A stretch of DNA of 60,139 nucleotides, counting the filler, from Jimgerdemannia flammicorona (lineage: Eukaryota): the NCBI GenBank assembly GCA_003990765.1. It is 2 parts of 2 records of this genome, joined end to end, with 100 filler letters (N's around TTAATTAATTAA, not from the genome) between each part and the next. Parts side by side here need not be neighbours in the genome. Positions count along the whole stretch, not along the records: positions 30,121 to 60,139 come from RBNJ01000459.1; 1 more part is not named here. One strand, written 5' to 3'. Position numbers and translations under genes: made by a program. The notes under the pieces are model-generated. The model did no database searches. It was not told the origin of the DNA and saw nothing but the letters and a program-made list of their open reading frames with translations. Positions 50,847 through 60,139 of the stretch are shown piece by piece. Positions within the stretch are counted from its first letter, which is position 1. Each line of letters begins with the position of its first letter.

Positions 50847-52175
50847 TGTGATGAGCAACAGAATTGCACCACCAAAATCATAAATTAGCCACATACTATA
50901 TCTAGTACACTAAGCAACCAAGACTGCTTTACTATATCAACTTGTATATTTAGCCAGAGATACCAGAAACAGTATGTTTATCTGTACTCTTAAGATATAC
51001 CATACCCTCAAGATATATCATATTCTTAAGGTATACTGTACTCTCAAGAAACACTTACCATAGTTAGCAATCTATATTTAGTAATATAGTAACTAGATAG
51101 CAACCACAACTGTATAAAATACCCCAGAGACAAGAGTGAATAAACCTCAGTTCTGAAATACAAAGTAAAAGACAAGTCTACCTACTATACTTTAAAAGAT
51201 ATACCTGCTAAAAACCACTTAATTCAGAAAGGATTGTAATACTTAGGAGAAATATCTGCTCTATAGTCACTACTAAGAGATTGTGAGCTTTGCCCCTTTC
51301 TCACTCTAGTCCACTTTCCAATACAAAGTCTTGGTTCGCTTGCCAGATAAGCCTAAAGATTTCTGCCTTTTTCGCTGCCTAAGAGAAAGCCATCTTGCTC
51401 AAAGCCAGTTTCTGACACAACTTTATAGTGAATCTATTTATATAAATGAAGTCAGTCTTTGATGTAACTTTGCCAAGAGACTCTTTTCCAAAAGCCACCA
51501 GTTATATTTCTCAGTTGAAGTCACCAATTCAGGAAGAATCTGTATCATCTACTATTTTTGAGTTATTTGCTACATTTCTAGAAGAACCCCACCAATTCAG
51601 AAAGAATCCATATCATCTGAGTTATCTGAGCTATCTATGCCACTCAAAGTAATATTCCCAAAGAGCTCATTGATTTAGAAAGAATCTGTAATATCTGAGT
51701 TATTTGAGTTATTAGTTTATTCTCAGTAAGCCAATATAGAAGAACTCATTACCAGAATAATTTCCAGTAATCCACTGTTTTAGAAAACTACTATGCTATA
51801 CAAGAGATTATCATATAGAAATTATATACTTTTGGAGATTGCTGTCATCTAAGAAGAAAAACTGCTAAATTGTCAAATTGTCATGCATAAGGAACTCATC
51901 ATGCTATATACAAAATTCTATCAATTTCTAGTTGACCCAAGAAGAAAACCTATTTACAGATTGCTGCTATGCCTAAAGAACTATCTCAATAAGGAAATTG
52001 ACATACAAATTGACTACCATATAATCAGAGGAACTACTATTATATTCAGATTGACTATTATATTACTAAACATCAAGAATATTTTATTACTTTTAACAAA
52101 GTAACTGGGGGCTCAAGCCAAATTATACTAACCCCCAACCTTGTAATTTGTCTTCATTGAGCCAGGTATGTTACA
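50847..52175 (+). repeat. Long 3' LTR of gypsy B (~1.33 kb)
   Basis: Follows the PPT; TGTGATG...TGTTACA; TATAAA/AATAAA core at 51111-51150. Confidence 0.75.
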
Positions 52176-52302
52176 ATATTTAAATATATATATATATTTT
52201 TTAATTAATATATTATAATAGTTTATTATATAGTAATAAGCTATTAGTATTTCTAACAGAATTTGTAAAGAAATATATACTATATAGTATAATATTATAT
52301 AG

Positions 52303-52750
52303 TATAATAGTTGATCTAAATTAAGAATATAAATCAGAAAAATAGATATTTGATTATAGTACCTAAATCTAATTTTCAAATATAGCTTAGGTATATAAAT
52401 AACAGTCATATTTAGTAAATATAAAAAACTTTAGCAATTGTTAAAGATTCTATAGATATCAAAATTCTTAATATTAAAAAGATTTAATACTTATAAAAAG
52501 TGACTCATAATTTAGCCACCCTATAGTTAGCAAACTTATATAAATATCTCTAATATTTAAAGTAAATAAACCTCAGATCAAAATAGTTCAAAGCAAAAGA
52601 GAAAGTAAGAGAACTAGTAAGCCTGCAGACAGATACACTTTGAACTCATCCACCCCTATATCCAGAAGACTCTATAGAGTCAAAGAAGATTAAGTTTTTA
52701 AGATATAAAAATCTGATATACTTCTATAGTTATATATCCACTACATTATA
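52303..52750 (+). repeat. Solo LTR, heavily mutated copy of the 53780-54255 family
   Basis: 52510-52750 aligns with the reverse complement of 53780-54030 and ends ccactacattata. Confidence 0.8.
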
Positions 52751-53779
52751 ACTTAGTATCCATTGATTGATAATTTGGAATTAACTTACAGTGAAATATA
52801 TAGTCCTAAGTTAAAAATTTATATGAGTCAAATATGATGAACCAGGGGTCAATGAACTGACTGCAGCTAGTCAATCAGGTCAGACAAGCAAATTTACCAA
52901 TGAGGAAAAATAGTCACTTCCATATAGAAAAAATACAAAACCCCACCTGACAAAAATACAGAAAAATATGAAATCTTAATAAAAATAAGTAGGTTTTGTC
53001 AGCCTTGAGATATCAAAAAAAAAAAGCCACATCTAACCAGGTTAAGTGTACCTTAATAAAAGTCATACAGAATTATTTCTACCAAGGTATGCAACTGAGA
53101 TATACTGACTTCTATTATTATTTTTACAAGCAAAAATCTATGTTAATGAAAACAAACACATTGAGCATATTCTCAAATTTCTGAGGCAATATCTATATTA
53201 ATAGTTTGATACAGATTTATGAAAAAATTACATTATAATAATATCTTTTATAAAAGGTAAGAAATTTCAGTGAAATCAGTAGTAGTTATATAGCAATTGT
53301 ACTATTCACTAATAATATATATATATATATATGAAACCCAGTTATACATTTATATTATAATATCTTTATAAGTTCATTATATGAAGAAATCTGCAGAATT
53401 CAGCAAAATATATATAAATATTATATAACTATAACTTAAAAAATTAAGGTATGCCAATTTTATATAAATGAAGAATAAAGTATAAAGAGTGATAAATTTT
53501 GATGTAGTCATATAGTAATTGGGCTATTTATTGATAGAAATATCATAATGTCTTCATGAGTTCATATTGTAGAGAAATCTATAGAATTCAGCAAAAATGC
53601 ATATAAATACTATATAACTATAGTTTAAAAGATTGAAATATACTAATTTCTGATTATGGCTATATGATTTAGCTTTAAGTAATAATTCAAGAAGCTTAAG
53701 ACCCATCAAGAGGCTCAATATATATATGTTGTATTGATTTTATCATAGGTTGATAAATAGTATATATTTGGCTCAATAT

Positions 53780-54255
53780 TGTAATGTAGTGGATGCTTAT
53801 TCTTGAAAGTACGTCGGATTTCTATATCTTGAAAACTTGACTGTTCTGACTCTCGCAGAGTCTCTTGAAGTTGCAGGGGAGGGTGGGTGAGTTCGAAGTA
53901 TATCTGCCCACAGGCTTACTAGTTCCTTTACTATCTCTTTGCTTTGAACTATTTCGATCTGAGGTTTATTCACTCAAAGATACTGGGTTATTTATACAAG
54001 TTTGCTAGCTATGAGAGGGTGGCTAAGTAATAAATGAGTTATTTGGACTTTGTCAAAACATTTGGACAATGTCTAAATGCTATACTAAATCGGGGTATCT
54101 GATTTGGATAATGTCCAAAATTTAGACAATATCTAAGAATTTAGACAATGTCGAAATCGAGGACTGCTAACTATAATACTATACTACTTTGGGAATGGGT
54201 GCGATCAAGTGTCTATTCCCTATTTCCTTCTTCCAAATCTGGCTGTACCATCACA
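53780..54255 (-). repeat. Solo LTR (476 bp)
   Basis: TGTGATG...ATTACA on the minus strand; ATAT on both flanks; TATAAATA/AATAAA core. Confidence 0.85.
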
Positions 54256-57200
54256 ATATATATATTATCAAATTGCTTATATTATAGCTAGTATATAATA
54301 AATAATAGTAGCAAGTTCAGCACATATATGGTCTATATATATAGTAAGCTCAATATATATATAGTAAGCTTATATTGATAACAATATATTATCAATGAGA
54401 ATTGATTATTTATATTATAGTCAGTATATATAGTAAGCTCAGTATATATGTATATGGCAAGTATATATAGTAAGCTCAATATATATATAGCAAGCTTATG
54501 TTGATAAGTAGTATATGTCTGACTAAGATTAATATATCATCAATGAGAATTAATTACTTATATTATGACTAGCATATATAGTAAGCTTAATATATATATA
54601 ATGAGTATATATTGATACTAAGCAGTACATATCTGGCTAAGCTTGCTTATATCAGCTTATTGATATAAAAGCACCCCTTTTACTCTCTTTACTTTTCCAT
54701 TCCTATACTTACTTATACTCATACTCATCACTTATGCTTACACTTATACTCATTACTCATACTCATACTTATGCTTATTACTTGTTACTATAATGTATAA
54801 GCCAAACTATTAAAATTCACTCAATCTACTCACACTCATATCTATTATCTAATAAACAACATCTAATTAAGCTCAAGATATACTCTCTATAATCTGCCAT
54901 ATCAAACTTCTTGGAGAATGTAAAGTTAAATCCAAAGATATATATTTTGATCAGGAGAGAATGATCAAGCTTGAGCTTCTCAGATATATAATTGTTATTA
55001 ATATATAGCCAAATAAGGAGAAATTAGAAGACATCCTCAAGAAGATATCTGAATATATAGATTTTGACTTAGAAGTAATGATTGTGAAATATGACAAGGT
55101 ATGTATTAAATTATCACTATATATTTATTTCTTTCTTATTTTATCTAATTATCTTTCATCTATAGATTATAGTTTGGTTAAGCAACATAAAGAGACAGGT
55201 CCTTAAAGCCATCAAATTCAATCTTCTCTCTAAATTTGCTCATATTCTTTCAAATATTTTTAACCTTAACAAGAACTATCAATTCAGACAGTTAATACTC
55301 AACTCTGATAAGATATTTATGATCTATGAAAAATGCAACCCCAAGTTCAGCCTTTTGATAGATTCAATTGATAGAACATTTGACCTCAATGCTGCTCAAC
55401 AAGTGAAGTTTAAGGAGTATATAGTTAATTAGATCTGTGCAGACCCCATTTTTAAAGAAATAATTTAGATTATCTTCATATACTATAACCATAGATTGTA
55501 TCATAGATTAAAGATACTATAAAGTTTGGCCCAAATATACTAACTAAAGATATTGAATAGAAGAATAGTAGCTTTTGCTATTACTGTAATAAGTTTATAT
55601 GATGTTAATATTTTTTACTTATAGATTGTAGAATCTAATTATACTTCATTTGTTTTAGATGTATATCACTATTATAAGGTTGAAGTTTAAAGAACTAATT
55701 TAGAAGGCTTGGTATGAGAATATTCTCACAACAATCAATAGAGTTGGCTTATAAGAAATATACTAGTAATTGGATGCAGCTTAGGCTACTACAATCAAAA
55801 TACAAAAGAAGTTCAGAGATAGAGAAGTATTGGATCTAAGTGAAGAAGATCATAAGTATATTTATATATCATGTCTATCAAAATGAATTTTATATGAATA
55901 ATTGACAACTTATATAGTTTTAAATAATTAGGTACTCTCTGAGTTCTGAAAAAATATAAATAATAGTATATGAATAATTAGATTCTCTCTGAATTCTGAA
56001 AAAATGTGAATAATAATATATAAATAATTAGGTTCTTTAAAAGCTTGATGAGAAATATAAATGATAATATTGTAGTTTATATAAATATAAATATATACTT
56101 CTAAATAGTGATTTTATATTATATTCTTTAGAATAAATATGATATATTAGAAATCAGTAGAAATAAGCTATTCTTCAGCTTAAATTTGCTATTTATTAGT
56201 ATATTTAGCTAATTTCTATCAAATTCAAATTTAAATTACTTACTAATATAATCTATAAATATATTTATTTAAAAAGAAGATTCTTCAGTACTATTAGTAA
56301 GTAGTTTATAAGACTTCATATAAAGATCTCTAAAAGTATAATAGATATCATTTGTACTGATCATATACTATATAATAGTCAAACTATCAAACTTAATACT
56401 CTATCCACCTCAAATATACAACTGTTGAATATCTCATTTCAGACTTATATAATAACATCAGTACTGACATCTACTTTTTTGAAAAGAGTAGATATTATAA
56501 AGGTATTACTTTGCATAACTTGTATTATATAAATCACTCTCAAACTAGCTCTTGAATATCAGATAAAGTAAAGAATCATATATATATACATGATCATGCT
56601 TATTAACTTTGGTAAAAAGTATATCTGATAAATTACCATAGTAGATTTTCTAGTTCAAATAGGCATAAACTAGATATATATATTTTATATAATTATTATA
56701 ATATAAATGAAATGGTTGTATTTCTTTAAGTAATAGAGATTATTAGTTCAAATAAAATAGAGTTATTAAAATTAAAGTTATTAAGTGAAACTTACTATCA
56801 ATTTGATGGATTTTGTAGAAATCTAATGTTAAGATAATGTGTATTCTATCTGACATATATTTAATATATCTTTATTATATCTGTAAAGCTTCATCTCTAT
56901 GTAAAATATAAAGAAATGCAAATAAATAAATATACTATGATATGTTAATAATAATATATATATTTGACTGATATTAAAGAAATAAATAAAAATATTTACA
57001 TATTGTCTAGCTTCAATTGTATCTTTTGTTTGACAAAGTATATGAAGAGCTTTTATATCATCACTTATCAATATTTGAATAGATTCAGCAATATCATCTA
57101 CTTGTATCTTATACTTGCATAGACTTCATATATATCTGCTAACTTTAGTAGATAATAATGGATTACTTATCTATTTCTTCTCTGTATAGCTGAAATTTCA

Positions 57201-57659
57201 ATATTAATTACCACAGTTATACAAATTATAGTAATATTTACTGATTGCTGATCAAATTACTCTAGCAAGAGAATACTCTATATATTGTCATGTAGTGGTC
57301 GCTGAGTTCTTCAAATATGCCAGATTCTCTTCAAGGTATATCTCTTAGACTAACTCAAGTTGTTATAAGCAAGTTCTTATTGGAGTGCCTTCCCAAGGTC
57401 TTATAGTCCTCAAACTTCTTATCTTTAACTGTCTTGTTATCTCTTAGATTGCTTGCAAGGAAGTGTATGTATTGCACTGAGAGGAACTTGACTGAATGCA
57501 CTGAATTGACTGAAACTTGACTGACTTTATTTCGGAGGAAATAAGGGAGGTATTTATACAAAATATAATTCAATGATTGCTAAGATATAAAGCTAAATAT
57601 AAATTCCAATAACTAAAACTACTGAGTTCCAGAGCTGGCATTATTTAGTACCACATCAA

Positions 57660-57764
57660 AATACCGGTGCTGGAACAATTTTGCGTCACCTCAGAATACC
57701 GGTGCTGGCATTATCCAGTATTACATGAGAATACCGGTGCTGGCATTATCCAGTGTAACAAAGA
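57660..57764. repeat. 35-bp tandem repeat (3 copies plus a partial one) in the U3 of the LTR
   Basis: aataccggtgctgg... recurs at 57660, 57695 and 57730. Confidence 0.85.
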
Positions 57765-57767
57765 ACT

Positions 57768-58604
57768 TTAGAGCAGAAAGTTCAGGATCATGGGAGCTTC
57801 ATCATCATCATCATCACTGAAGGAGATGAGGTCCGTGAATTCGTCATGTAGGTCATGCGTCTCGCATACTTCGTCATTTTCGCGTGCCTTGATGTTGTGC
57901 GGGATGACATCATTGATGACGTCATCACGTTTGGGTGTGGCAGGAAAATCGGGAACAAGGTCTGGAGCTCTCCAGTCTATGAGGTTCTCTTCCACAAAAT
58001 AGGGGACAAATGTGGGGTCTTGGGGAGATCTAACCCGGATGCTTGGGCCTTGGAATACTGAGATCAATCCTTGCAGAAATTGGTCTGGGTTGTCCTGAAG
58101 GATAGGGTGCCAGAAGTCTTCTACTTCTTTGCTGTTGAGGGTGATGGTGGACTGGGCTTCTGTAGCTACCCTGGCTTCTAGTGCATTGATATAGTGGGAT
58201 GATAGGTCTCTGAAGTCTGAGACTCTAACATACTCCAAGTTGGGGATCGACCATGGTGCATGCCTGAAGATCTGATGGATCTTCTTTGCTGTCCTTGCCT
58301 CACGTAGGTCTATGGGGGTGGCATCTTGTAGCTCTTGAGGGCTGGCCTGTGGGAACTCCCGGCAGAGGAGGTTTCCTATTTCGTACTCCTGCCACATTTA
58401 GAGGCATTCGGTGGCAATAGTGATCCTTGTTTCCATTTCATGGTGGTAGAGGATAAAGTGATAAGGGTCTGCAGTACCCAGGTTGATGCTAGGAGTCCTT
58501 CTTGAGCAGGTCCTCATGGCTCTTCTGATGTCTTAAAATATCCTTTCCTCAACCGAGATATCTTGATGATTCCTTGACCTTGAGGTTTGGCGGGCAGCAG
58601 GCAT
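57768..58604 (-). pseudogene. LTR-embedded accessory ORF (278 codons, two TAA stops), resembling 50319-50806
   Basis: ATG at 58604 is in frame with the 209-aa ORF; both interrupting stops are TAA, revertible to CAA; TATAAAAG lies ~85 bp upstream. Confidence 0.72.
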
Positions 58605-59297
58605 TTTGTTTGTGGTAAGTCTTTGAGCTATTTTGGGATTGGGGTTCTTGTTGGTTGCTGCTACTGCGGTTCCTTGATCCTTCTTTTATATTCTTCAGGA
58701 TGCTTGTGCTGTGGTCACAATGACTCACAGTTGGTCATCGTTGCTCATCTCGCATGCCGTATGATTTTCTTGTACTCTGATCTGGTGGCTTATAAAGAAA
58801 GGCTGTCTCCTGTGCTGATGTCATCATTCTGGGGTCACCGTTACACTATCTTTCATCTATTGATATAAGATAGACAAAGGCTCTGAAGACTTGGAAGGAG
58901 CTTGACAATTTTGCAATAGTGATTCTTATTAATTATAGAGCAATTTGCAAGATTGAAATCAGTTAATACAGGCCAGCTTTTGATTGCAACTATCAATGAA
59001 TTGCTATTGTAGAAATGGTAGGAGTAGAGAGAGAGCATGATACCAAACATAGCTAGGGGATTGTTTATTATATTAGGAAGATGAAGAGAAATAGCAAGGA
59101 ACTTGTAAGTTGTTCTATTACAGTTACCCCAACTTCTCTGTCTTACTCTCAAAAATAAAAATATATACCCAAGATCACAATACTAAAGAGCATCTGATAC
59201 TTGATTCATACTGACAGCATTTCTTTTGAGGAGTTAGGGAAAATAATATTAGCAGAGGAGTTGAATTTATGACCAAGAACAAGAATAGTAGATATAT

Positions 59298-60139
59298 TGT
59301 GACGTTGGTTATGTATGATGAACTTCGACTTCATGGCTTAATGTATGCTACTGGTGAAGCACGCGATTAATAACTGAGTGCGTTCGCGGCGGTTACGGGT
59401 CGTTGGTCACGTGACAGGTCGTTCGAAACGTGCGATAATAGCGGGAGATCGTTTGTTCATTGGCTCAGGACGTCGATGGTGAGGGCGTTCGGTTGTTCAA
59501 CGATGGCGGCTCAATTGTTTAGTGGATAAGGGTGGCGATTATGCTGGCTAAGTAGCCTGGCAGCGATTAACTTGGCGGGTGTCTTGTATCCTTTGGCTGG
59601 GTATTCTTGGGTTTCCGGGTCTTGAATCTCGAATGCGCGGTCTGAATGGTGGTCTGAATGCACGGCGGTCATGGTCTTGAATCCTCGTCTGGGTCTCGGG
59701 TCTCGAATGGCGGTCTGGTCTTGAATCCTTTTCGTGGCGGCAAAACTTGAAATTCGGGCGGTCCGTGGTCTTGAATCCTTGGCTGGGTAACTTGGGTCTC
59801 GAATGGCGGCGGTCGGGTAACGTTTTCTTTCTTTCCGTGGCAAGAGAAAATTCTTTAACTCAAACTTCCGAGCAATCCATTGCTCTAGGTTGTTATCTTG
59901 TTCTCAGAATTTATCCGGTCTCTTGGAGGCAGTGTGTTTTCTCTGTAAAACTATCTGGCTGAGGTTTATTCACTCTAAGAATATGGGTTATTTATACAAG
60001 TTTGCTAGCTATGAGGGGACGCGACTAAGGCTAAGGTATACTACATTGTGGCAAGCTATGCTATTGGCTTGCACGATGTGAAGGGCTGACTTGCTGACAA
60101 GATGCTGAAAACGGTTGCACTGGATAGCAACGCTGAAAA
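59298..60139 (-). repeat. Young, CpG-rich long LTR running out of the window, with internal degenerate tandem repeats (59620-59815)
   Basis: Ends ...CGTCACA at an ATAT site; core 59959-60016 is nearly identical to 53958-54015; repeated gggtctcgaatggcgg and ggtcttgaatcct units. Confidence 0.8.

Larger units (their letters stand above)
46410..52175 (+). mobile_element. Ty3/gypsy element B, 5'-truncated: dUTPase-RT-RH-INT-accessory ORF-PPT-long 3' LTR
   Basis: RT (SPWASP, DYRKLN, MPFGL.N, YIDD); RNase H (YTDASK, LECLAV, TDY.ALKWL); integrase (SDRGTEF, QTNGMTERMN); PPT tttagtggggg; LTR 50847-52175 with TG...CA ends. Confidence 0.92.
57286..58845 (-). mobile_element. Long solo-LTR-like unit (~1.56 kb) containing a 278-codon ORF upstream of the LTR TATA/poly(A) core
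   Basis: TGTAAC start; ccactacatgaca end like the 53780 family; TATAAATA plus AATAAA at ~57560-57525; no PPT between ORF and core; TSD imperfect (atat/ctat). Confidence 0.7.

Noticed and set aside
57660..57764. Regularly spaced repeats resembling a CRISPR array
   Set aside because: Only three units, spacers similar to each other, eukaryotic LTR context and no cas genes.
59511..59843. 110-aa ORF in the young LTR
   Set aside because: Made of the tandem repeat units; no evidence that it is coding.

Overview
Eukaryotic, most likely fungal, repeat-dense DNA; an early-diverging or Mucoromycota-like host is my inference only. Most of the window is nested, decayed retroelements: four copies of a G-rich L1/Tx1-type LINE in two subfamilies, a Ty1/copia element with both LTRs, PBS and TSD, two Ty3/gypsy elements that each carry a dUTPase, a chromovirus 3' end, several solo LTRs of 0.45-1.6 kb, hAT-type MITEs, and three copies of a ~1.18 kb non-coding poly(A) retroposon with a fixed 5' end (two with 15-16 bp TSDs). 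Two CpG-retaining islands hold host genes. The first has SLX4 C-terminal exons and an NB-ARC/TPR NLR pseudogene; the second has an ELP3 5' fragment and an intact OST4. Most interesting: long LTRs that carry their own ORFs, one of which resembles a post-integrase accessory ORF; the defined non-autonomous retroposon; dUTPases in two different gypsy lineages; and RIP-like C->T/G->A hypermutation with a sharp positional boundary. A 100-bp scaffold gap with an artificial linker lies at 30021-30120. All calls come from manual reading and translation, with no database searches.
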